Below, piece by piece: positions 1 through 8,351 of a DNA stretch of 32,000 nt. The position numbers and the translations under genes are program-made. Origin of the DNA: Nitrosomonas europaea (lineage in GTDB: Bacteria > Pseudomonadota > Gammaproteobacteria > Burkholderiales > Nitrosomonadaceae); assembly GCF_900167395.1 (NCBI RefSeq), contig NZ_FUWK01000010.1, positions 31,053-63,052 on the forward strand. Direction: 5' to 3'. The notes beneath the pieces are model-generated. The model saw nothing but the letters and a program-made list of their open reading frames with translations, was not told where the DNA came from and ran no database searches. Numbering within the stretch: position 1 is the first letter of the stretch; every line of letters begins with the position of its first letter.

Positions 1-977
1 TGGGTATTGGTATGAACCGCAGTGCAGAGCCTCTGAACAACGGACAGAAGCGGATTTATACATTTTACGCGGGAAAACTGGAGCTGGAGTCAGAGGCTAA
101 AACCAAAGATGGCCCGGCTTGTGCGGGAGGAGAGTGCAAATTCAAACTTAACAAGTTGCCCTACGTTTTCGGCACTCTTCCGATCAAGGCCTTTGGTGAT
201 GTAATCAACCATGGGGCACATGGCCTGATTGGCACGCTGGTGATAGAACCTGAAGGTGCTGTTTATCTTGATCCGGTAACTGAAAAAGAGATTCCAGAGG
301 AAGATCAATGGAAGCTGGGTTCGGAAGCACTGATTAAGTATGAAGATGAACAGCGCAAGAAAAAGATGTTTCGTGAATTTGTCCTGGCTTACCAGGATGG
401 CCTTAATTGGCACTGGCCATCACCATGGAGCAGGAAAACCGAGCCAGTTGGGGATTGCCCGATTTGTGATGATTCATATGATCATGGCGAGAAGGGGATC
501 AACTATCGTGCAGCACCTTTCTGGGCAAGGTTACGGCAAGGAATGGACAGTAACGGTCGCCGTGTCTTCAACGATATTGGTGCAGGGGCGGATTTAAACC
601 AGGTTCAATTCCCAAAAAACTTTTTACTAAGTTCCTGGGCGGATATTCCAACCCCGGTTTTTCAGGCAAAAGCGGGGGAAGAAGTACGTTTCCGTGTATC
701 GCAGCCATATGGTCGTGCCCGTCAACGTGCGTTCGTAAGTTTTGGTGCTGATTATGCAGATATGATGCCCGGATTTGGTTCACCACATTCTGCTTTGATA
801 TCTGCTGGCAAGGCGATGACGGCTACTTTATCCGGATCTGCAAAAGAAGGATGTTATATCTACCGCGATGGCCCGATGCATATGTTTGCAAGTGGCGTAT
901 GGGGGCATTTCAGGGTGAGTCCGGCTGATGGTACCACTTTGAAATGCGAGATCCCTGCAAGTTATGAGGGGTTGTGA
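1..977 (+). CDS. cupredoxin / multicopper-oxidase-like protein, C-terminal part (5' end probably outside the window)
   Basis: ORF 12..977 stays open in frame back to base 3 (GIG before the first Met), so it is probably truncated by the window edge. Two segments end in cupredoxin-like loops: NHGAHGLIGTLVIEPEG, and GCYIYRDGPMHMFASGVWGHFRV with Cys-x8-His spacing as in type-1 Cu loops. GEEVRFRVSQ..FVSFGADY resembles MCO domain strands. No HxH or HCH trinuclear-Cu motifs appear in the visible part. Confidence 0.5.
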   Translation, partial: GIGMNRSAEPLNNGQKRIYTFYAGKLELESEAKTKDGPACAGGECKFKLNKLPYVFGTLPIKAFGDVINHGAHGLIGTLVIEPEGAVYLDPVTEKEIPEEDQWKLGSEALIKYEDEQRKKKMFREFVLAYQDGLNWHWPSPWSRKTEPVGDCPICDDSYDHGEKGINYRAAPFWARLRQGMDSNGRRVFNDIGAGADLNQVQFPKNFLLSSWADIPTPVFQAKAGEEVRFRVSQPYGRARQRAFVSFGADYADMMPGFGSPHSALISAGKAMTATLSGSAKEGCYIYRDGPMHMFASGVWGHFRVSPADGTTLKCEIPASYEGL

Positions 978-996
978 GTACAGCGGAAACTGGGGT

Positions 997-1023
997 AATC
1001 ACCAGTCTTATTGGCTGGTGATT
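997..1023. terminator. stem-loop between convergent genes (possible bidirectional terminator)
   Basis: A perfect 9-bp stem AATCACCAG/CTGGTGATT with a 9-nt loop sits between the stop at 977 (+) and the stop at 1045 (-). There is no U-tract on either strand, so it is not a canonical intrinsic terminator. Confidence 0.3.
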
Positions 1024-1044
1024 CAGAATACCGGGTCATGGTTG

Positions 1045-2175
1045 TTAGTGGGCGAAGACCTGAATGATTCCGTAGCGGCCACTGGTAAGCCAGTCGGGTT
1101 GCAGATGCAGGGTTCTGGTGGCGATGTCAGCCGGGAGGCCGACCAGCACTTCTGATTTCAGTGTTCGCAGGCATATGGCCGGCTGGCTGAATCGTTCGAA
1201 GAAGTAGCGCTTTTCCATGGTATGTGGCCAGCGGCGGTCGCCGACGAAATAGCGGTAATTCAGGTCACCCTTGAAGATGACCAGCTCTGTATTTTCAAAA
1301 GTCTCACGAGTAAGCGCTTCCTCTTCACAGAAGCAGACAGGCAGGCCCAGAGCAGAGCTGCTGCGGAAGATCAACCGATTCTGGTGTAACAGCTGCGTGA
1401 TATCTTCTCCCAGTTTTTTTGCTGCCGGAATGGATGAAGTCACCAGTTTTCTGATCAGGTATTTCATGTCAGTCATGGTTACATCCGAAACAAACATCGG
1501 CCAGGGCCTGACATGGGCAACGATGCGTGAACAATGCCTGCTGATGCGGAGAATCAGCAGCAGATCTGTCAATACGTCCATTCCGGCGTTGTCAAACACG
1601 AAATCAATCCGGTTCAAGCCGGAATCAAACAATCCGCCTGCTACATAACTTTCGTCTACGAGCAATGAAATCTGACCGGCATCAGTGACAACCTGCTGAC
1701 TGAGATCGGCGGTATTCCCGGTCATCGACCAGCGAAGCAGTCCGGTAATATCGCAATCGGAATCACAGTAACCGGTCATGGTGGTGAGGGATTCGATGGC
1801 CTGCAGGCTGACAGTGTTTTTGATCGGGTGAAAAGGATCCACCAGTGTAGTGGCTGTATGGCCGAAGGCCAACAGGATCCGGGCGTAAAAATAAAGTTCG
1901 ACTGTCAGAAATGGCATGTCTGTCCAGCGTCGCCCGGTATACGGTTTGATCACCTGATCAAACAGGCCAAGAATTACCGGAGGGAGCGGTGTGATTTCTC
2001 CTTCCCGTATTTCTACTGCCAGTTGTTGCAGAGCCTGATCTGTACGGGCGTCAGCGTGGTTTGCCAGATTATCCAGAATGGCTGGCAGTCGTTCTTCCAG
2101 TGTGAATGCTGCGAAGGAATCGGGTTCTCCGGTTGTCAGGTGCGCGGGAATCCAGACAGGCTCGTGGTATTGCAT
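1045..2175 (-). CDS. DUF89 / ARMT1-like damage-control phosphatase family protein
   Basis: 376-aa ORF with the family motifs FDNAGMD (DNxGxE/D-type) and FKGDLNYRY (KGDxNYR). Confidence 0.75.
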   Translation of the reverse strand: MQYHEPVWIPAHLTTGEPDSFAAFTLEERLPAILDNLANHADARTDQALQQLAVEIREGEITPLPPVILGLFDQVIKPYTGRRWTDMPFLTVELYFYARILLAFGHTATTLVDPFHPIKNTVSLQAIESLTTMTGYCDSDCDITGLLRWSMTGNTADLSQQVVTDAGQISLLVDESYVAGGLFDSGLNRIDFVFDNAGMDVLTDLLLILRISRHCSRIVAHVRPWPMFVSDVTMTDMKYLIRKLVTSSIPAAKKLGEDITQLLHQNRLIFRSSSALGLPVCFCEEEALTRETFENTELVIFKGDLNYRYFVGDRRWPHTMEKRYFFERFSQPAICLRTLKSEVLVGLPADIATRTLHLQPDWLTSGRYGIIQVFAH

Positions 2176-2314
2176 GATTACAGTCGAGTTTATTGGTGGG
2201 GTTCAGAATTGCACAAATATGGCTGCGAGATGAAAGAAGTTGGTCATTCCAGGAGATTGATATTTTTTATGGCCGGAACTGGTTCCCGTAATTTTCGGGT
2301 AAAGGAACACTCTG

Positions 2315-3064
2315 TTATGTCCCTGTCTGCAATTGTTTGGCAAGCCGATGGATTTCACTGGAAAGCGGGATATTGAATCCCCCGGACAGGATCCGTTGAC
2401 ACTGACGATAAATATGCAGCGCCTGGTCTGTCCAGCCAAGTTTGATGTAATGCTGCATCAGGCGCCGGTAATTGGCTTCCGACAATGGCCTCAGTTCCAG
2501 TATTTTGCTCAGTAACTGGCTGGTACGTTCATTTTCACCATGCTGTTCATAACAATCTGCTGAAAGATTGAGCAGGCGGATCAGCCTGTCGAGTAACTGT
2601 TCCTGTTTTAGCAGGATCCAGCCGGAGTCGTAATTTTTCAGAAAGGTACCGCGATAAAGCGTCATCAGCTGATCAACCAGTTCTGTCGCCAGAGGCTGCT
2701 GATCGCTGCATTTCAGTACATTCTCAAGTTTGCAGGAAATTGTTTCGAATATCCATAAATCCAGCCAGCAACAGCCGTCATTCAATGAAACCATACCAGT
2801 ATTCAATAGTACAGCTTCCTTGCCAATGAGCTTGCGCAGCCGGTGTAGTGAAGTTCCCAGGGAAAGGTCAGCCAGATCACCTTCCGCATCGGGCCATAAA
2901 ATCTCTTTGAGCAGGTTACCATTAACATTGCGGCCACCCAGTGCGATGATCGTCGCCAGTAATTCCAGTATTTTTTTCTGGTTTCGGCCAGGCTGTATGA
3001 CCGATTCCCCTGCTACTTCTACTGCCAGTGGACCGAAACTGTGGATTTGTACGACCATGGCCAC
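2315..3064 (-). CDS. SARP-family transcriptional regulator (OmpR-type winged helix + BTAD domain)
   Basis: The N-terminus (VQIHSFGPLAVEVAGESV..KKILELLATIIALGGRNV..LLKEILWPD..LHRLRKLIG..DLWIFE) fits the DnrI/AfsR/EmbR wHTH pattern. The C-terminus (ALHIYRQCQRILSGGFNIPLSSEIHRLAKQL) fits the end of a BTAD domain. The track start at 3064 is GTG; an in-frame ATG at 3058 (MVVQIH..) is the more likely start. Confidence 0.75.
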   Translation of the reverse strand: MAMVVQIHSFGPLAVEVAGESVIQPGRNQKKILELLATIIALGGRNVNGNLLKEILWPDAEGDLADLSLGTSLHRLRKLIGKEAVLLNTGMVSLNDGCCWLDLWIFETISCKLENVLKCSDQQPLATELVDQLMTLYRGTFLKNYDSGWILLKQEQLLDRLIRLLNLSADCYEQHGENERTSQLLSKILELRPLSEANYRRLMQHYIKLGWTDQALHIYRQCQRILSGGFNIPLSSEIHRLAKQLQTGT

Positions 3065-3727
3065 TTTTTAGTGGCCAGAGGTGTAATTACCGGGAAACAT
3101 GGAAGACCTCCCACCTTCACACTTGTTTTTGAAAAGTAAAAGCTGAACTTGAGTATTTGTGGAAGCTGCAGCTTTATGGTTATTATTGTATGAATCCGAT
3201 CCGGCAACAGAGGGTGTATGTGCCGATAGCGCAATTTATAGTCTGGTTACGGACATTGATAATGTGGTGTATCAGAGCAATTTTTGGATGAGGTGAATAA
3301 ATAAGGTCATTTTTTAAATTGAACCAGTCAGCTTAGTAAGCTGGACTGTGTTCTCTCTTGCGCTATTACACGAGCAGAGTGTCCATTGTTGCTGTAAGTC
3401 CGGGAAACCGGAAATATTGCAACCGGGCATTGCGCTATGAATAGATGTATGTAGATATTTTTGTCTCTTGAAAGGATATCGGTCACTTGCCAAATCAGTA
3501 ACCGATTGTGCTATCGACTTGGACAGAATTAATTACGTGCACATAAAAACCATGGCGGCAGAACTTGACTGTTACCGCGCACCAGAGTTGTGACGACAGT
3601 AAATCGTCTCTTTGAGACTAAATTTAATTCTTTTACCTATTTGATAACTTCACACTCTCTGTACGTCGCAACGCTCGGATATTTATCCTTACTTGTCAAG
3701 GGATTCCAGGAGAAATTTCATCATTCT

Positions 3728-3756
3728 TTGAGTTTCATATGTATAGGCATGATTAT
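3728..3756 (+). promoter_or_regulatory. candidate sigma70 promoter for the repressor-like gene
   Basis: TTGAGT (3728-3733), a 17-nt spacer and GATTAT (3751-3756), about 60 nt upstream of the ATG at 3818. It overlaps one copy of the TGAGTTT/ATCATTCT repeat. Sequence match only. Confidence 0.25.
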
Positions 3757-3817
3757 AAACAATAAAAATTATATATGTTCTGAGGATTCCTGAGTTTATC
3801 ATTCTCGTTCGTCTTTC

Positions 3818-4615
3818 ATGAATCCGAACATTAGAGTGTGGTTTTCGGCTGATGAGCTGGCAAAGTTGTCACCGCATCTCGTCACACGAATTCCGGTTTC
3901 ACCACGTCAGTGCAGGGAACGGGCAAAACGTGAAAAATGGTTATCCAGAGAAGTTGCTGGTAAAGGTGGGCCGCGTGGCAAGAAAACAGAATTTCTTCCA
4001 CCCGAGAATATCCTGTCTGAAATTCACCAGTTTCTGAGCAGGAATCCGGATTTCTTCGCTGAGGCAGGAAGTTCACCTGAGAACGCAACTCAACCCGGAA
4101 TGTATCAGGCAAGGCAGCCGATGAGCAGAAACGGGAAATATGGGCAATCCATAGTTGGAAACCATACTGATCTGGAAAATTCAGAGGTTGTTTATGTAGC
4201 TCACACAGAGTTATGTGATACGCCAGGTGAGGTTACCGAGATGATTCCTGATGATCAAATGATCCTCAGTATCGCTGTCAATCCGGCTGATTGGAGGCGA
4301 TATGCCGGATTAAATCCGGAGCATATCAAAATCATCGATGTACAGGGAGATGGAATGAAGCCCACTTTGCAGCATGGTGATCAGGTGCTGGTAGACACTG
4401 CCTGCAATCGATTCGTGGATGATGCAATTTATGCAATTCGGCAGGGTGATATGTTACGGATAAAACGTATCAGGCTCAGACTGGATGGCTCGATAGAGAT
4501 CAGGAGCGATAACAGTCATAATTTTGGTATAGAAACGTACAGTCAGAAAGAAGCTGCAGCATTCAACGTGTTCGGAAAAATTCTGCCGTTCAAGTTTGGA
4601 AAATTTGATCTGTAG
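3818..4615 (+). CDS. phage-repressor-like protein: Mu-type N-terminal DNA-binding domain + S24 (LexA/CI/UmuD)-like C-terminal domain lacking the catalytic Ser
   Basis: The N-terminus (VWFSADELAKL..IPVSPRQCRERAKREKWLSREVAGKGGPRGKKTEF) matches the W..s..E....lP.s.R...R.A....W..R...GkGG..EY pattern of Mu repressor/MuA winged-helix domains. The C-terminus (DVQGDGMKPTLQHGDQVLVD..AIYAIRQGDMLRIKRIRL..IEIRSDN) aligns to the S24 GxSM...GD...V.....vKRl core, but the Ser position is Gly179 (GGA, 4352-4354). The general-base Lys216 (4463-4465) is kept. Confidence 0.75.
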   Translation: MNPNIRVWFSADELAKLSPHLVTRIPVSPRQCRERAKREKWLSREVAGKGGPRGKKTEFLPPENILSEIHQFLSRNPDFFAEAGSSPENATQPGMYQARQPMSRNGKYGQSIVGNHTDLENSEVVYVAHTELCDTPGEVTEMIPDDQMILSIAVNPADWRRYAGLNPEHIKIIDVQGDGMKPTLQHGDQVLVDTACNRFVDDAIYAIRQGDMLRIKRIRLRLDGSIEIRSDNSHNFGIETYSQKEAAAFNVFGKILPFKFGKFDL

Positions 4616-4870
4616 CGATCCTTGAGCCGATCATTTCTCAAATGTAACTTCCTGATCTTTAGCAGCATTATTCAAATAACGCAGATCCAGAGCACGAGCC
4701 GTCTTTGCTGTAATTCCGCATATTTCATCCCTGTCTGGTGGGTCCGGTTAATCTGACTGCAGAACAATACGGAACAGATATTCGGCCGGGAAATCGTATA
4801 CTGGCAGGTAATATTTCAGTTCCGGTTGGTATGAATGAGGGCCTGGATCGAGTACCGAGGAGGATATGTC

Positions 4871-5398
4871 ATGAATGGACGGTTTTGCATCTGGCGATCA
4901 CCGGAATTTAGATACAAGCTGATGTCAGTATTGTTTCCGGGGATGATTCTTTCCAGTTCATGCTTTGGTGAATCGGAAATTGGTCAGGCCCCTCTTGGCA
5001 ACAGACAGATATTACAATCTCAGTTCCAGGAGTTCCGGATCAGTAGTAGTTTGCAGTATTTTCCTCATTCTTATTTTCCTGTTCAGCCGATTCTGATCTA
5101 TCCGGGCGTGCAGTGGGCATATCCTTGTTTTCCTTTTGTCAGTTGCATGGAGCTGCAGCAATACCGCAGATATAAGCGGCGCGAGAAACGGCAACAGCCT
5201 AAACCGGTATTCGGGCAGGGAGCGTCTCTGATGGATGAATCCATGGAAGACTGGCGGGCAGGGTTGCGGCCGGCGGTGGAGCCCTTCCGTACCGATGAAC
5301 ACCAGATTGTTCCGGCATTGCGGGGTCACAGCCTGATACGGCCGGAATACCGGGAAGCAGGCAGTATTCTTCCCCGGTTTTCCAACGGCACCGAGTAA
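4871..5398 (+). CDS. hypothetical protein, probable signal peptide (secreted or lipoprotein-like)
   Basis: The track ORF is 4835..5398. The ATG at 4871 is preceded by a strong SD (GAGGAGG, 7 nt spacer). The N-terminus MNGRFCIWRSPEFRYKLMSVLFPGMILSSSCFG has a basic n-region, a hydrophobic core and a Cys. I recognise no family. It ends 14-23 nt before the GNAT gene. Antisense ORFs also exist here, so coding status is moderate. Confidence 0.45.
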   Translation: MNGRFCIWRSPEFRYKLMSVLFPGMILSSSCFGESEIGQAPLGNRQILQSQFQEFRISSSLQYFPHSYFPVQPILIYPGVQWAYPCFPFVSCMELQQYRRYKRREKRQQPKPVFGQGASLMDESMEDWRAGLRPAVEPFRTDEHQIVPALRGHSLIRPEYREAGSILPRFSNGTE

Positions 5399-5412
5399 TT
5401 TTCCATAGAAAA

Positions 5413-5949
5413 GTGCTGATGATGAGTTCCGAAATCCGGGTGCGGGTTTGCTCATCTGGTGATGAAGAAGCGCTTGCACTTATTGGCCAGGCAACGTTTC
5501 TTGAAACCTTCGCAGGTGTTCTTGCAGGATCCAACATCCTGGCGCATTGTGCCCGTGCTCATTCTGTCGAATGTTACCGGAGCTGGCTGGCCGACAGCCG
5601 TTATAAGCTCTGGCTTGCTGAAATCAGTCCAGGTAATGCGCCCATCGGCTACATGGTCGTATCGCCGGCTGAATTGCCGTTGGCAGATATTTCCCTTCGG
5701 GATCTGGAGTTGAAACGCATTTATGTTTTCAGCAGGTTTCAGGGAAATGGTCTGGGCAGAAGGCTGCTGCAGGAAGCCATCGCCGAAGCCCGTATTCGCA
5801 AGGCAGAGCGCTTGCTGCTCGGGGTATATGTTCGTAATGATGCCGCAATCGGTTTTTATACCCGGATGGGTTTTTGCAAGCTGGGATACCGAAAATTCAA
5901 TATGGGCGGACAGAAATGTGATGACTACGTCATGGGATTGACGTTGTGA
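5413..5949 (+). CDS. GNAT-family N-acetyltransferase
   Basis: Acetyl-CoA-binding motif RFQGNGLGRRLLQEAI (Q/RxxGxG/A) followed by GFYTRMGF. Possible starts are GTG 5413 or ATG 5419/5422. Confidence 0.8.
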   Translation: MLMMSSEIRVRVCSSGDEEALALIGQATFLETFAGVLAGSNILAHCARAHSVECYRSWLADSRYKLWLAEISPGNAPIGYMVVSPAELPLADISLRDLELKRIYVFSRFQGNGLGRRLLQEAIAEARIRKAERLLLGVYVRNDAAIGFYTRMGFCKLGYRKFNMGGQKCDDYVMGLTL

Positions 5950-6151
5950 AATCCACTGATTCGTTCGTCCCGATTCAAGTCGTTTGCCTGCCTGCCTTTG
6001 CAGATAACAGCCTTGCCAGATATGCCAGGAGGATACTGGTTCAGTAAGCTTCCAATCCGGCGAGTGATGTGAAAGTGCGACAATTTGTCACATTCTCACG
6101 ATAGTAAGTGTATGTAAAAATCGGCGATCTTTTTTATCCAGGGAAACGAGT

Positions 6152-8344
6152 ATGTACAAAACATACGCAATATGGATAGGGGTCGTCTTGTTTGTCTGCA
6201 AAGATGTCATTGCACAACCAGATGCAACCGGCCAGGAATATTCGGGGGATATACCAAAGGTAACGATGAAGGAAATCACTGTCAGCAGTGAAGCCCTTGC
6301 CATTCCCAACGAACGATTGCTGCTGGACACGCCCACGACTACCGGCAGCCGTCTTGGACTGACGCCGCGTGAAACCCCCGCCTCCATCAATATCATCGAT
6401 CGCGCTACCTTTGAGTTACGCGGCGCGCAAACGACTCAGCAAATCCTGGAGCGTTCTCCCGGGGTAACCGTCTCCGATCAGCCTGGTGCTGCCGGCACCG
6501 TTTGTATGCGCGGCTTCTGCGGTGCTCAGATCACCCAGCTATTCAACGGGATTACCGTGCAGTATGACGCAGTGGCCGCTCGCCCGATCGATAACTGGAT
6601 TACCGAACGCGTGGAGGTCCTGGGCGGGCCATCGAGCTTTCTCTATGGCCAGGGAGCCGTGGGAGGATCGGTCAATTACATCAGCCGGACTGCCAATCGT
6701 GATCAGCAGGGTCATGAATCACTCGTTCTGCTTGGTTCCTGGCTGAATCGACGTGCGGCCTATGGTTACAACGGCCGTATCGGTGATACGAATAACTGGC
6801 TGCAAATACATGCGGGCTATAAGGGCTCAAACGGTTACATCGACAAGACCCGACATAATTCCGGTGTTTTTTCATTTTCTCTGTTGAGCGATCTGACCAG
6901 CCGGATTTCCAACACGGTGGCAGTCGAATATCAGATAGAGGCGCGTGAAGGGTACTGGGGAACGCCGATACTGAACCCTGTTACAGCAGGAAAATATGAT
7001 CCGGAAACCCGTTTCAGAAACTATAACGCTGAAAATTCTGTTTTCGATCAGCAGGTCATTTGGGTGCGGGATATTGTGGATTTCCGCCTGAGTGAGGCAA
7101 CGCAAGTTCGAAATACTTTTTATTGGTATGACGCCTACCGCAAGTACAGGAATGTGGAGGTATATCGCTGGAATGGCGATAACACGCTCATCAACCGTTC
7201 TGCCTCTTTTGCAGTGGACCATAAACAAAATCTGATCGGTAACCGCCTGGAACTTTCCCATCAGCAGAACTTATTCGGCCTCCCGGCCAGGTGGCTGGCG
7301 GGAACTGATATTGCGTTCAATGACCAGACTCGCTTCCCAAGTACGGAAAGTGGGTTGGCCGTCGATACGATAGACCCTTACAATTTTACCGTTGGCGATT
7401 ATTTTGATAACCCTCGTGCCAGCGGCCCGATCAAGGATCGTCGCAACAAGTTGTTTACGGTTGCCGGTTACGCTGAAAACCGGTTGACGCTGTTCCCCGG
7501 CTTCAACCTTGTGAGCGGGATCCGGATCGATAGTATCCAACTGGATTCCAGATATTTTAGCCCGGCAACGGCCACTGAACCTGCTGCTTTTTCACGCAAC
7601 TGGACACCGGTTACCTGGCGGGCAGGTTTTGTCTACGATGTCACGGACAGTTTCAATTTTTATACCCAATACAGTACGGCTGCTTCTCCTCCGGCAGGTG
7701 TTCTGACCACTACCAACCTTAACAGTATCCGCGATTTCGGCCTGAGTACGGGTAGACAAATCGAAGGTGGAATGAAATTCGATTTCTGGGGAAAGCGCGG
7801 AACCGCAACGATTGCCGGCTATTATCTGCAACGCAAGCATCTATCGACGAGAGATCCCGATAATCCGATCAATGCCATACCGATCGGTGCACAATCTTCA
7901 CGCGGTGTGGAGGTCAATCTTGGTGTCCGTTTATCTCCGCAATGGAGCTTCCAGGGCAATATGGCTTTTGTCGATGCGCGTTACGACGATTTCAACGAAC
8001 TGGTGAGTGGTGTCAGTGTTTCCCGTAAAGGGAACCGGCCGGAAAACGTTGCGAAATGGGTCGCCAATACCTGGCTGACCTGGGACTTTCATCCGGATTT
8101 CCAGTGGATGCTGGCGACACGATACGTGGGTGATCGTTATGCCAATGCTGCGAATACAGTACCGGTCAAGTCTCATGTTCGCCTGGATACACAACTTGCC
8201 TGGCAGGCGCATCGCAACGCGAGAATCATCGGCCGGATCATGAATTTGACCGATACCGATTACATCGAATGGGCAACCTCCGCGCCCATGTACCTGATTG
8301 GTGCACCCAGGAGCTATGAGGTGGCAGTGAAACTCGACTTCTGA
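6152..8344 (+). CDS. TonB-dependent outer-membrane receptor (siderophore/metal type)
   Basis: 730 aa with signal peptide MYKTYAIWIGVVLFVCKDVIAQ and a TonB-box-like EITVSS. Plug-domain pattern (TPRETPASINIIDR..RGF..LFNGI). The beta-barrel ends in the terminal aromatic ..YEVAVKLDF. Confidence 0.9.
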   Translation: MYKTYAIWIGVVLFVCKDVIAQPDATGQEYSGDIPKVTMKEITVSSEALAIPNERLLLDTPTTTGSRLGLTPRETPASINIIDRATFELRGAQTTQQILERSPGVTVSDQPGAAGTVCMRGFCGAQITQLFNGITVQYDAVAARPIDNWITERVEVLGGPSSFLYGQGAVGGSVNYISRTANRDQQGHESLVLLGSWLNRRAAYGYNGRIGDTNNWLQIHAGYKGSNGYIDKTRHNSGVFSFSLLSDLTSRISNTVAVEYQIEAREGYWGTPILNPVTAGKYDPETRFRNYNAENSVFDQQVIWVRDIVDFRLSEATQVRNTFYWYDAYRKYRNVEVYRWNGDNTLINRSASFAVDHKQNLIGNRLELSHQQNLFGLPARWLAGTDIAFNDQTRFPSTESGLAVDTIDPYNFTVGDYFDNPRASGPIKDRRNKLFTVAGYAENRLTLFPGFNLVSGIRIDSIQLDSRYFSPATATEPAAFSRNWTPVTWRAGFVYDVTDSFNFYTQYSTAASPPAGVLTTTNLNSIRDFGLSTGRQIEGGMKFDFWGKRGTATIAGYYLQRKHLSTRDPDNPINAIPIGAQSSRGVEVNLGVRLSPQWSFQGNMAFVDARYDDFNELVSGVSVSRKGNRPENVAKWVANTWLTWDFHPDFQWMLATRYVGDRYANAANTVPVKSHVRLDTQLAWQAHRNARIIGRIMNLTDTDYIEWATSAPMYLIGAPRSYEVAVKLDF

Positions 8345-8351
8345 TCGGAAA

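Noticed and set aside
3590-3793. 67-aa GTG-start ORF in the large intergenic region (a possible small hydrophobic protein)
   Set aside because: It has no SD sequence and an AT-rich, low-complexity composition, and it overlaps the candidate promoter and repeats of the downstream gene. Nothing supports coding.
5413-5949. GNAT as the toxin of a GNAT/RHH (TacT/AtaT-like) toxin-antitoxin pair
   Set aside because: The upstream ORF is about 175 aa with a signal-peptide-like N-terminus, not a small RHH/DUF1778 antitoxin. The GNAT looks like a generic RimI-type enzyme.
5950-6151. Classical Fur box upstream of the TonB-dependent receptor
   Set aside because: By eye I found no convincing match to the 19-bp consensus. 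Only the short GACAATTTGTC palindrome stands out, and it is reported separately at low interest.
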